This document shows, in pieces, positions 9,202 to 23,649 of a stretch of 63,641 nucleotides of DNA. A program made the translations under genes and the position numbers. Numbering within the stretch: the stretch's first letter is position 1; each line of letters starts with the position of its first letter. Origin of the DNA: an uncultured Christensenella sp. (lineage in GTDB: Bacteria > Bacillota > Clostridia > Christensenellales > CAG-138); NCBI GenBank assembly GCA_964426415.1, contig CAYRQM010000006.1, positions 1 through 63,641 of the forward strand, in the 5' to 3' direction. The notes under the pieces were generated by a model. The model ran no database searches. It was not told the DNA's origin and saw nothing but the letters and a program-made list of their open reading frames with translations.

Positions 9202-10296
9202 ATGCGCGTCAAGAGCCTGAAATTGCACTGTTTTCGCAACTATACTGCGCTGGAGCTTTTGCCCGGCGCGGGGTTGAACGTGTTGGAAGGGCTGAACGCC
9301 GAGGGCAAGACGAACATTCTGGAATCCATCTTTTTGTGTGCGCTGGGGCGAAGCCATCGCACGCCCCACGACAACGAGCTGATTCAAGAGCAGCAGTCGG
9401 AGGGCGCGGTTTTGCTCACAATCGAAACGCGGGGCGGCACGCGCACCATTCGGGTGGAGCTGCATCGCGGTGCGCGCAAAACGGTCTATTTGGACGATGC
9501 GCCCTTGGCGCGTTCGGGCGAATTGATGGGCTGTCTCAACGTGGTGATGTTCTCGCCCGAAGACCTGCAGCTGGTCAAGGACGGCCCGCAGGAGCGACGG
9601 CGCTTCCTCGACATGGAGCTGAGCCAGCTCAAGCCCGCCTACTACTACGGTCTGCAGCAGTACAACAACGCGCTCAAGCAGCGCAACCAGCTGCTCAAAG
9701 AAGACCCAATCCGCTACGACATGATCGAGCTTTGGGACGAGCAACTTGCGAAGCTTGGCGCCACGCTCATTCGCAACCGTGCGGTGTTCTTAGAGGAGCT
9801 TGCCGCAGTTGCGCGGACGCTGCACGCGTCCATGAGCGAGGGCAAAGAGCTTTTAGAGGTGGTCTACGCGCCCGACGTGCCGCCGAACGACCCAGACGCG
9901 CTGATGGAGTCGCTGCAGGAACGATTGGCAGACAATCTGGAACGCGACGTTTTTCGCGGGTTTACGACGGTGGGACCGCATCGGGACGACATCACCCTGC
10001 TGCTCAACGGGCGTGACGTGCGCGTGTACGGGTCGCAGGGGCAGCAGCGGACGACGGCGCTGTCGCTGAAGCTGTCCGAGATCGACTTAATCCGCCGCGT
10101 GCGGGGCGAACGGCCCGTGCTGCTGCTGGACGACGTGTTTTCCGAGCTGGACGCACGGCGGCAAGCGCAGCTGCTGTCGGTGGTATCCGACTGCCAGACC
10201 TTTGTCACCTGCACCCACTTAGAAGAATTTGCCAAGGCGGGCGCCACGACCATGCAAGTGTACCATGTGTCGGGCGGCAAACTTTTGGAGGTATAG
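9202..10296 (+). CDS. recF: DNA replication/repair protein RecF
   Basis: FRNY, GLNAEGKTNILESI, VVMFSPEDL, VGPHRDD, YGSQGQQRT and VLLLDDVFSELD; SD gggagg precedes ATG 9202. Confidence 0.95.
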   Translation: MRVKSLKLHCFRNYTALELLPGAGLNVLEGLNAEGKTNILESIFLCALGRSHRTPHDNELIQEQQSEGAVLLTIETRGGTRTIRVELHRGARKTVYLDDAPLARSGELMGCLNVVMFSPEDLQLVKDGPQERRRFLDMELSQLKPAYYYGLQQYNNALKQRNQLLKEDPIRYDMIELWDEQLAKLGATLIRNRAVFLEELAAVARTLHASMSEGKELLEVVYAPDVPPNDPDALMESLQERLADNLERDVFRGFTTVGPHRDDITLLLNGRDVRVYGSQGQQRTTALSLKLSEIDLIRRVRGERPVLLLDDVFSELDARRQAQLLSVVSDCQTFVTCTHLEEFAKAGATTMQVYHVSGGKLLEV

Positions 10297-10297
10297 C

Positions 10298-12519
<2,222 letters not shown>

Positions 12520-12531
12520 TGAGGCAGTAGT

Positions 12532-15008
<2,477 letters not shown>

Positions 15009-15009
<1 letters not shown>

Positions 15010-16346
15010 TGCAACCAACGTATTCCGCCGAACTGCAAGCCTTTGCCACATCGCTCCAAAGGGAGGGCGTGGATTTGTATGCGGTCGGCGGATGCGTGCG
15101 CGATGCGCTGCGCGGCACTGCGGTACACGACGTCGATTTGTGCAGCCGTCTGCAGCCCAAAGCCATGCAAGCGTTTTGTGCGGCGCGGGGCGTTTTGTGC
15201 CAATCGGTCAATCCCAAGCTTGGGACGGTGCTGCTCACCTTGGGCGACGCGCAATTCGAGCATACCACGTTTCGCACCGAATCCTACGGCAGCGGCGGCG
15301 CCCATCGCCCCGAAGCGGTGGTGTTTGCCGATTCGCCAAAGGAAGACGCGTTTCGGCGCGACTTTTGCTGCAACGCGCTGTATCAAAACCTTGCGACAGG
15401 CGAAATCATCGACCCGACGGGCGGATTGGCGGACATTGACGCCCGTGTTTTGCGCGCCACCACGCCGAATCCTGCGGACATTTTGCAGGACGATGGGCTG
15501 CGGGTGCTGCGGCTGATTCGCTTTGCCGCCACGCTGGGATTTTCCGTCGAACCGCAAACCGAAGCCTGCGCCAAGGCGTACGCGCCGCTGCTGCAAGACA
15601 TCGCATGGGAGCGCAAGCGCGGCGAGCTGGATCGGCTGCTGCTTGCCGACGACGTGTATACGGGGCTTGAGATGCTGCAAAGCTTCGGCGTGCTGCCGTA
15701 TGTGCTGCCCGAGCTTTGCGCCGCAGACGGCATGGGGCAGCGAAAGGATCACCACAAGTACGACGTGCTGACGCACATGTTCCACGCCTGCGCGCAGACG
15801 CCGCCCGTGTTGGAGCTGCGGCTGATGGCGCTGCTGCACGACGTGGGCAAGCCGCCCTGCAAGGCGGCGGAGGGCAATTTCTACGCGCACGACATCTATG
15901 GCGCCCGCATCGCCCGCGAGATGCTGACACGGCTTCGCTATCCAAGTGCGACGGTCGATCGGGTCTGCGCCGCGATTCGCGCCCATATGTTCGACTTGAG
16001 CGACGCCGCCACAATCGCCACATTGCGAAAACGGTTTTGTCAATGGGGCGTTTCGCGCACGCAGGACGTGATTGCACTGCGCGAGGCGGACGTGCGCGGC
16101 AGCGGGTACAAGCTCCAATTCGAAGCCACCCGTTGGCGCGAGGTGCTTGCCGCGATGCAGCGCGAGAACGTGCCGTTTTGCGGCGCAGGACTGATGGTGA
16201 CGGGGCAGGAGATTCAAGACGCGCTGCATCTGCCGCCGTGCGAACGCGTCGGACGCATCAAGCAGCAGCTTGTGCTGCACTGCGCGGTGCATCCTGCCGA
16301 CAACGTCAAAAAGACGCTGCTGCTGCGGATGCACGACTATCAATAG
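15009..16346 (+). CDS. cca: CCA tRNA nucleotidyltransferase / poly(A) polymerase family protein with HD domain
   Basis: YAVGGCVRD..DVD, DAFRRDF, DDGLRVLRLIRF and LLHDVGKP; ATG overlaps the gyrA stop (TAATG). Confidence 0.85.
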
Positions 16347-16400
16347 GTGCAAAACGGGCGAAATTCTTGCATAATATTTGTGAATTCTTTCCTTTCCGCT

Positions 16401-16428
16401 TTGCGGAAACGAAATTCTGTGCTATGAT
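16401..16428 (+). promoter_or_regulatory. Probable sigmaA promoter of the CotH-VTC-DUF4956 operon
   Basis: TTGCGG-16 bp-TATGAT with extended TG. Confidence 0.45.
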
Positions 16429-16476
16429 GTGCTCAATGATACCATCGCTGCTTATGCGGCGAAAGAGGGATTGTAG

Positions 16477-19400
16477 ATGAACAACAGACAAAAGCGGTTT
16501 CGGGCATTTCTTGCCGTGGTGTTGGTGCTGGCGCTGCTCATTGCGCTTGCCATCGTCTTGGCGGTGAACTGCTCTGCCGATTTCCAAAACGCAAAGGATG
16601 GGGAGCAATCGCGCGCGGGGATTCTCGTGAGCGAAATTCTCATCTCCAACGACCGTGCCGTACACGATCCGATGGGCACCTATTCCGACTATGTCGAGCT
16701 GTACAACGCCACGGATAAGGCGGTGAGCCTTTCCGGGTACGGTCTGACCGACAACGAAACCGATGTCTGGATCATCGGCGACGGCGTGACCATCGAGCCG
16801 AACGGCTATGTGGTGATTTGGTGCGCAGGCAGCACCAAGCAGGCAAGCGAGGATGCGGCGCGTGCGCCCTATGCGAGCATCGTGGCAGATTTTGCACTGT
16901 CCGATCAAGACGTGCTGCGGTTTGTCGACCGCAAGGGCGTGACCCAAGCCACCATCGCGCTGGGCGACATTGCGTTCCCCAACAACGGCTACTGCTATGA
17001 CGTCGAAACCAAGTCGTGGTTCAACACCATGGCGCCCACACCGGGCTATCCCAACACCGCCGAGGGGCTTGCCGCCTATACCGAAAGCAAAGCGGTCTTA
17101 AAGGGCAGCGCCGAAAGCGTCGTGCGCGTCACCGAATTCATGGCGAGCAACGGCTCGTCGTTCCGCGGGCCAAACGGCGATTACGGCGATTGGATCGAGC
17201 TGTACAACAACTCCGACAAAACGGTAGACCTGACGGGCTACTGCCTCAGCGACGACGCCTCCAAGCCCCACAAATTCGAATTTACCACCTACAACGACGC
17301 CAACGGACAGGCGACTGCCGTCACCATCGCGCCCTATTCCTATCTCTTGGTTTACAGCACCGACGTCGCCGTGGACGGCGCCGTCTGCGTCAGCTTTGGG
17401 CTTTCCGCCTCCGGCGAGTCGCTGTTGTTCACCACACCGGACGACGGCATCATCGACCAAATCACCTTTGACGCGCAGCAGCAAGACTTTTCCATGGCGC
17501 GGCAATACAAGAGCGACGGCACCTTCGATCCAGACGGCGCGTTTGCCGAGACCAACCTGCCCACGCCGGGGTATCCCAACACCGACGCGGGACGCGCCGA
17601 TTTCGAGCTGAATGAATCGCAAAAACAGCAGTATTCCACCGACGGCGTGTACGACATTTGCCTCAACGAAATTCTGGTGAACGGCTACCACATCGTCTTT
17701 CGCACCAGCAGCAGCACCAACAGCCAACGGCCCTATGACGCCGACTTCGGCAGCTGGATCGAGCTGTACAACAAGGGGGACACGGCATTCGACCTATCGG
17801 GCTTTTCCCTGACGGACGAGTACAGCCGCGTGCGCAAATGGGTTTTTCCTGACGGAACGAGTATCGCCGCAAAAGGATATCTCGTCTTGCAGCTGGAGGG
17901 GAGCCTGCCCCGTGACGGACAATCCGAAAGCGACATCACCGAGGAGCAGCGCAAGCTCACTTTGAGCTTCGACATTGCGGCAAGCGGCGAATCCTTGTTC
18001 CTGTTTGCACCCGACGGCACGTTGGCAGACCAAGTCGACGTGCCCAGAAGCGTCGCCTGCGTTTCCTACGGGCGCGACGCATCGGGCGCATGGAAGCTGT
18101 TCTCCTATTCCGAAGCGAATCCCGCCACCGAAGGAAAAGCCAATCCAACCTCCGGGCGCGATCTCTATTGCGCCGCCGTGGGAACGGACACCCTAAGCGG
18201 CGTGTATACCATGGCACAGACGGTCAACTTCACCGTGCCCGACGGGTGCTACGCCACCTACACCACCGATTGCAGCACGCCGACCGAAAGCAGCACACGG
18301 GTGAACGGCCCCATCGCCGTCACGAAAAACACCGTGCTGCGCGTCGTCACCTTTGACACGGCAGGTGCGCGCTACCAAAGCGAGGTGCAGGCGTTCACCT
18401 ACGTCATTGCAGACCCGAACAACCAAACGGTGGAGTCCCACACGACCGACCTGCCCATCGTCTTTTTGGTGACCGACGCCGCAAACCTTTGGGACGCGGA
18501 CACGGGCATCTACATCAAAGGCAACGACTACACGGGCACGGGCGACGCGGACGAGATCATGATCGGCACGAACGAAACCATGGGGAAGTTGGCAAACTTC
18601 AACATGAGCGGCCGCACATGGGAGCGTCCTGCCAACTTCACCTACGCGGTGAAGAACGCCGAAACGCAGCAGTACAGCACGGAATACGCCTGTATGCTCA
18701 ACATCCGCATCTTTGGCGCGTTCTCCCGCAAGCTGGCGCAAAAGGGCATCGCGCTGATCGCCCGCAAGGGCGTGGGCGTGTCCTCCATGAACTATGCGTT
18801 CTTTGACAATCGACCCTTCACCACCTACAAGTCGCTGGTGCTGCGCGCATCGGGGCAGGATTCCCGCCTGTCGCGCATCCGCGACCCGTTGGTGCAAAGC
18901 CTGTTGGAAGACGCCGAAACGGCAAATCCCACATACGATTTGCTGGCAACGCAGGCGTACGTCCAGTGTGTGGTCTATCTCAACGGGCAATACTGGGGCG
19001 TGTACAACCTGCGCGAAAAAATCAGCAAGCACTATATCGCCCAGCATTACAGCATCCAAGACGAGGACACCATCGACATGCTGGTGGGCAACGGCAACAA
19101 CGACCAATGCGTGGTTTCGGGCGACGGGCTCAGTGACTACAAGGCGCTCATCCAATACTGCAAAGACCACAACTACGACCTGTCCGATCCGACCGCGTAC
19201 GCGTATGTGTGCAGCCAAATCGACGTCGAGAACTTCGCCATGTACTGCGCGTTTCAGATCATCGTGGGCAACACGGACACGGGCAACATCAAGTTTTGGC
19301 GCTCCTCCGAGCTGGACAACAAGTGGCGTTGGGTCGTGTACGATTTTTGCTGGGCGATGAACGGCAACAACGACGCCCAAGAGGCAGCCTACTCTTCGGG

Positions 19401-19866
19401 GTATCGGCGCGATTTCTTCACGCGGTACTTCGACCCGGAGGGACACGGTTCGGGCAAAGGGTTCGACACCACGCTGGGACGTTCGCTGCTGTCCAACAAC
19501 ACCTTCGTCGGTATCTTCTTGGATAAGTGCGCGTTCCTGTTCAACGAGGCGTACACCACCGAAAAGATCATTGCGCGGCGGACGGAGCTGCAGGAAGCCA
19601 TCCGTACCGAGATGGAAAACTACGACCTTGCCCGTTGGGCGTCGTACTACAATCTCTCGACCAACGGCTGGAATTCCCACTGCTCCAAGATCGATAACTA
19701 TGCCAAGGGCTACCCCGAATATTTCCTTTGCTACTGTTATCAGTACATCAACAACAAAACAAACTACACCCTGACGGGTGATGAGATGCGGTCGCTGTTT
19801 CATGCCGATTTGATCGACAGCACACGGCTGACCGAAGTACAAGGCAAGGTAGGCGTATCATGGTAA
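16477..19866 (+). CDS. Membrane-anchored protein with three lamin-tail domains, a CHB_HEX/FN3-associated-like domain and a CotH-family kinase domain
   Basis: N-terminal TM segment; three [I/V]xE..N...D[YW][VI]ELYN-like LTD motifs ending in PTPG; YTTDCSTPT; CotH motifs LNGQYWGVYNLREK and NTDTGNIKFWR..KWRWVVYD. Confidence 0.85.
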   Translation: MNNRQKRFRAFLAVVLVLALLIALAIVLAVNCSADFQNAKDGEQSRAGILVSEILISNDRAVHDPMGTYSDYVELYNATDKAVSLSGYGLTDNETDVWIIGDGVTIEPNGYVVIWCAGSTKQASEDAARAPYASIVADFALSDQDVLRFVDRKGVTQATIALGDIAFPNNGYCYDVETKSWFNTMAPTPGYPNTAEGLAAYTESKAVLKGSAESVVRVTEFMASNGSSFRGPNGDYGDWIELYNNSDKTVDLTGYCLSDDASKPHKFEFTTYNDANGQATAVTIAPYSYLLVYSTDVAVDGAVCVSFGLSASGESLLFTTPDDGIIDQITFDAQQQDFSMARQYKSDGTFDPDGAFAETNLPTPGYPNTDAGRADFELNESQKQQYSTDGVYDICLNEILVNGYHIVFRTSSSTNSQRPYDADFGSWIELYNKGDTAFDLSGFSLTDEYSRVRKWVFPDGTSIAAKGYLVLQLEGSLPRDGQSESDITEEQRKLTLSFDIAASGESLFLFAPDGTLADQVDVPRSVACVSYGRDASGAWKLFSYSEANPATEGKANPTSGRDLYCAAVGTDTLSGVYTMAQTVNFTVPDGCYATYTTDCSTPTESSTRVNGPIAVTKNTVLRVVTFDTAGARYQSEVQAFTYVIADPNNQTVESHTTDLPIVFLVTDAANLWDADTGIYIKGNDYTGTGDADEIMIGTNETMGKLANFNMSGRTWERPANFTYAVKNAETQQYSTEYACMLNIRIFGAFSRKLAQKGIALIARKGVGVSSMNYAFFDNRPFTTYKSLVLRASGQDSRLSRIRDPLVQSLLEDAETANPTYDLLATQAYVQCVVYLNGQYWGVYNLREKISKHYIAQHYSIQDEDTIDMLVGNGNNDQCVVSGDGLSDYKALIQYCKDHNYDLSDPTAYAYVCSQIDVENFAMYCAFQIIVGNTDTGNIKFWRSSELDNKWRWVVYDFCWAMNGNNDAQEAAYSSGYRRDFFTRYFDPEGHGSGKGFDTTLGRSLLSNNTFVGIFLDKCAFLFNEAYTTEKIIARRTELQEAIRTEMENYDLARWASYYNLSTNGWNSHCSKIDNYAKGYPEYFLCYCYQYINNKTNYTLTGDEMRSLFHADLIDSTRLTEVQGKVGVSW

Positions 19867-20567
19867 TCAAAGAAAATGCGAAGGGCTACCGCCACGAGCT
19901 CAAATACCTCATCAGCGAAGCAGACGCAGAGCTTTTGGCGATGCGCCTGCGTGCGGCGCTGCGGCCCGACCCCAACGCGGCAAAGACGGGCGGCGGATAC
20001 TACATTCGCAGCCTGTACTTTGACGACCCGTACGACGCTTCCGTATTCGAAAAGGTTTCGGGCGTCGAGTACCGCGACAAGTGGCGCATCCGCATCTACA
20101 ACTATTCCGATCGCACCATCAAGCTGGAGCGCAAGCACAAGAACGGGCAGTTCATCAAAAAGGACAGCTTGGGGCTTTCGCGCAAGGAATGCAACGCGCT
20201 CATGAATGGTGCTTGCGGCTTTTTGCTCCATCGCACCGAGCCGTTTGCCAAGGAGGCGTATGCCGCCATGACGACGGAGGCGCAAAGACCCAAGGTGCTG
20301 GTGGACTATTACCGCGAGCCGTTCGTGTTCCCGGTGGAGGACGTGCGCATCACGCTGGACCGCAACATTCGCACGGGCTTTCGCTGCACAGACCTGTTCA
20401 ACGCCCACGCGCTGACGTACCCGGCGACGGCGTTTATGGGACAGTGCATCTTGGAGGTCAAGTTCAACGCCTACCTCGATCCGTACATCGCGTCGCTCAT
20501 CCAGCTTCCCGCCGCCAGCCTGACTGCGGCAAGTAAGTACCTGTTTTGCAGACAATACGACTGTTAA
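19860..20567 (+). CDS. VTC-domain (polyphosphate polymerase-like, CYTH/TTM fold) protein
   Basis: RHELKYLI, YYIRSLYFD, KWRIRIY, IKLERKHK, VRITLD, ILEVKF and SKY. Confidence 0.9.
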   Translation: MVIKENAKGYRHELKYLISEADAELLAMRLRAALRPDPNAAKTGGGYYIRSLYFDDPYDASVFEKVSGVEYRDKWRIRIYNYSDRTIKLERKHKNGQFIKKDSLGLSRKECNALMNGACGFLLHRTEPFAKEAYAAMTTEAQRPKVLVDYYREPFVFPVEDVRITLDRNIRTGFRCTDLFNAHALTYPATAFMGQCILEVKFNAYLDPYIASLIQLPAASLTAASKYLFCRQYDC

Positions 20568-20593
20568 CATAGACAACCAATCAGGAGGATTAT

Positions 20594-21268
20594 ATGGATT
20601 ACTTTACCACCCTAAAAGAACAGTTTCTGAGCCTGTTCAACTTCAGCGAGAACTACGTCGTGCCGATGATCGGCGCGATCGTCGTGGCGTTCTGCCTCGG
20701 CATGTTCGTGTATCTCATCTACCGCTTGACGTTCTCAGGCGTCGTCTATTCCAAGACGTTCAACATGAGTCTCGTCATGCTCACGATGGTTTCGACCATG
20801 GTCATCCTATTCATGTCCAACAACCTCAAGCTGTCGCTGGGCATGGTGGGCGCACTGTCCATCGTTCGTTTCCGTACCGCCATCAAAGACCCGATCGACA
20901 CCGTGTTCATGTTCTGGGCAATCGGCGAAGGCATTGCGCTGGGCGCAGGCTTCTTCCTTGCCGCGATCGTGGGCGCGTTCCTCATCGGCATCTTCATGCT
21001 GCTTTTGGCTTCTTCCAAAAAGAAAGCATCGCTGCCGTATTTGCTGATCCTCCATTACGAGGAGCAGGCGTCCAAACAGGTCAAGGCGATGGTTGCCCAA
21101 ATCCCGTACGCCTGCATCAAGTCCAAGACCGTGCAGCGGGAAGGCATCGAAATGGCAGTGGAGCTGCGCGTTCGCAGCAGTGAAACGGGCTTTGTCGACA
21201 AGTTCCTGCGTGTGGACGGCGTGCTGGATGCCACGCTGATTGCACATCAGGGCGATCTGATTTCGTAA
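20594..21268 (+). CDS. DUF4956 domain membrane protein
   Basis: SLGMVGALSIVRFRTAIKDP motif, several TM helices, next to the VTC gene. Confidence 0.9.
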   Translation: MDYFTTLKEQFLSLFNFSENYVVPMIGAIVVAFCLGMFVYLIYRLTFSGVVYSKTFNMSLVMLTMVSTMVILFMSNNLKLSLGMVGALSIVRFRTAIKDPIDTVFMFWAIGEGIALGAGFFLAAIVGAFLIGIFMLLLASSKKKASLPYLLILHYEEQASKQVKAMVAQIPYACIKSKTVQREGIEMAVELRVRSSETGFVDKFLRVDGVLDATLIAHQGDLIS

Positions 21269-21299
21269 CAACCCCATAGGGGAAGGATAAAGGAGCAAC

Positions 21300-23480
21300 A
21301 TGAAAAAGACAATCAGTATCCTGCTGGCACTGGCATTTTGCTTGGTCGGCATCGTAACGGGGACGCCCGTTACCACCGTGGCAGAAGCCGCGACGTACCA
21401 AGCAGTGACGCAGGCGCCCACTGACTGGAGCGGCGACTACCTCATCGTCTACACCGACGCGACTACGTACCTCGCCCTCAACACCACGCTGGAATCCATG
21501 AATGTGGTTTCCAACGGCGTGGACGTCACCGACAAGCTTTCGGGCGGCGCATTTTCCGCCGAAACGACCGACGCCTACCGCGTGACCATCGAAGCGAGCG
21601 GCACGGGCTATTCCATCAAGACGGTGGACGGTCGCTACCTCAACAATGAGACGGAAAACAACACGCTCACCGAGGAGACCACGGCAGGCGGCGCGCTGAC
21701 CATTGCGCTCAGCGAATCTGACGGCGTGCTGATTACCAGCACATCGGGCGCGGTGCTGCGGTACAACGCCAATGTCGGTCAGGATCGGTTCCGCTTCTAT
21801 AAGGCGGCGACCTACACCCAGCAAAAGGCAATCGTGCTGTACAAGCGCAGCGAAGCGGGCGCCACAAGCGCACCCGGCACCGAAACGCCCGTCGGCACCG
21901 ACACGCCCACGCCCACCGCGACGCCCGTCGTGACGGCGCCGCCCGCAGCAGGGCAGGGCGACTATACACGCCTTGACGCCGCACCCGCATCTTGGGCAGG
22001 CGATTACGTCATCGTGTACACCGACGCCACCAACTACTATGCGCTGAACGGTGCGCTGACCGACATGAATGTTGTCAGCAACTATGTGGACGTCACGGCG
22101 TCGTATGCCAATGGCGTCATCACGGCAGAAGCGGGCGACGCAGTGCGCTTCACCATCGAAGAAAACGGCACGGGCTATGCCGTCAAGGGCATTTGCGGGC
22201 TGTACATCAACGACAACAACCCCGATTACAACACGCTGGTGGTTTCTGAAACCGCAGGCGAGCCGCTGACCCTTGCCATCAATGCCGACGGCACGGCGGA
22301 CATTGCCACCACCCTTGTCGAGCATCTTCGCTTCAACACCACCGAGGGGCAAATGCGCTTCCGTTTCTATCGCAACGACACCTACCAAAACATGCAGAGC
22401 GTCTATCTGTATCGGAAGACGGCACAAGTTGCCACCACCTATAAGCTTGGCGACGTCAACCGCGACGGCAAAGTCACCTCCGCCGACGCCACCCTCATCC
22501 TGCGCGCAGTCGTGGGGCTGGATACGTTGGACGCCGAGCAACTGGTGCTTGCCAACGTCAATGACGATACCGTCGTCACGGCGGCTGACGCCACCGTCAT
22601 CCTGCGCTTTGTGGTAGGCCTTGGCGCCATCGGCACCGCAGCGCCCACCGCAGCACCCACCGCGACGGCGACCGCAACCGCAGCACCCACCGCGACGGCA
22701 ACCGCAACCGCGACCGCGACCGCAACGGCGACGGCGACTGCCACCCCGCCCACGGGCTACAACACCTACTACACGGGCACCTATTACAGCTCCATCGGCA
22801 CCTACGAAGAGATGCTTGCCATGAGCAAGAGCGCGCTCAAGAGCGCCCTTACCACCAAGATCTCCACGTCTACCGGCGGCAGCTATGACGGGCTCAAGAG
22901 CACGCTGCCCTATTCCGACACCGACGCGTCGCACAGCGGGCAGATGCGGCTGTTCTATTCTCAAGAATGGATTACCGCGACGCAGGTGCTTTCTTCCTCC
23001 GGTTGGACGGGCTGGAACCGTGAACACTGCTGGCCCAAATCTTTGGGCGGCGGCGCGTGTGAGGGCGACGCCCACATCATGCGTCCCACGCGTCCCCAAG
23101 CCAACAACGAACGCGGCAACTACGGCTATTACGAGTTCGCAGACGGCGAAACGTGCACGACCATCACCAGCGAATTGGGCTCCCTTTGCGGCTATGTCAA
23201 TGCGAGCAAGGGCTTTGAGCCTGCGGATAACGTCAAGGGCGACGTGGCGCGCATCGTGTTCTACACGCTGACCAACAGCAGCTATTCGTCCCTGTCCTTT
23301 AGCAACATCCACGGCTTCTCCACGGCGGCGAAGGCATACGAAACCTTCCTTGCATGGAACCAAATGGATCCGCCCGACGCCGTCGAGATCTACCGCAACC
23401 AATATGTGTTCGGCAAGCAGGGCAACCGCAATCCGTACATCGACTACCCCGCGCTGGCAGAAGTCGTCTTTGGCGGCTAA
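21300..23480 (+). CDS. Secreted endonuclease I family (His-Me finger) nuclease with two N-terminal repeated domains and a central dockerin
   Basis: Signal peptide; ~140-aa duplicated domain (W[SA]GDY[LV]IVYTDAT..RFRFY); GDVNRDGKVTSADA..ILR dockerin; Thr/Ala linker; WNREHCWPKS, N..RGN, KGDVAR and QGNRNPYIDYP. Confidence 0.88.
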   Translation: MKKTISILLALAFCLVGIVTGTPVTTVAEAATYQAVTQAPTDWSGDYLIVYTDATTYLALNTTLESMNVVSNGVDVTDKLSGGAFSAETTDAYRVTIEASGTGYSIKTVDGRYLNNETENNTLTEETTAGGALTIALSESDGVLITSTSGAVLRYNANVGQDRFRFYKAATYTQQKAIVLYKRSEAGATSAPGTETPVGTDTPTPTATPVVTAPPAAGQGDYTRLDAAPASWAGDYVIVYTDATNYYALNGALTDMNVVSNYVDVTASYANGVITAEAGDAVRFTIEENGTGYAVKGICGLYINDNNPDYNTLVVSETAGEPLTLAINADGTADIATTLVEHLRFNTTEGQMRFRFYRNDTYQNMQSVYLYRKTAQVATTYKLGDVNRDGKVTSADATLILRAVVGLDTLDAEQLVLANVNDDTVVTAADATVILRFVVGLGAIGTAAPTAAPTATATATAAPTATATATATATATATATATPPTGYNTYYTGTYYSSIGTYEEMLAMSKSALKSALTTKISTSTGGSYDGLKSTLPYSDTDASHSGQMRLFYSQEWITATQVLSSSGWTGWNREHCWPKSLGGGACEGDAHIMRPTRPQANNERGNYGYYEFADGETCTTITSELGSLCGYVNASKGFEPADNVKGDVARIVFYTLTNSSYSSLSFSNIHGFSTAAKAYETFLAWNQMDPPDAVEIYRNQYVFGKQGNRNPYIDYPALAEVVFGG

Positions 23481-23494
23481 TCCATCCGCATTTC

Positions 23495-23523
23495 AAACCC
23501 GCAGCTTCGCGCTGCGGGTTTTT
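23495..23523 (+). terminator. Intrinsic terminator
   Basis: aaacccgcagc-ttcgc-gctgcgggttt followed by Ts. Confidence 0.8.
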
Positions 23524-23649
23524 GCGTCCTTTGGGGCAGATACGGCAAAAGAATGGGGACACGCCGAAAATGTTGGGGGATAGCCATTGCATTTTGCTTT
23601 GGAATACGCTATACTGTCATCATTCTGATTTCTGTGAGGTGGTTTTTTC

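Noticed and set aside
8624..9239. Short ORFs upstream of recF, and a possible oriC
   Set aside because: The ORFs are translations of the repeat units; no DnaA boxes or dnaA gene are visible
22645..22750. Short tandem DNA repeats as phase-variation tracts (also ~3190-3280 and ~51655-51745)
   Set aside because: They are degenerate in-frame codons for Thr/Ala/Pro linkers of secreted proteins
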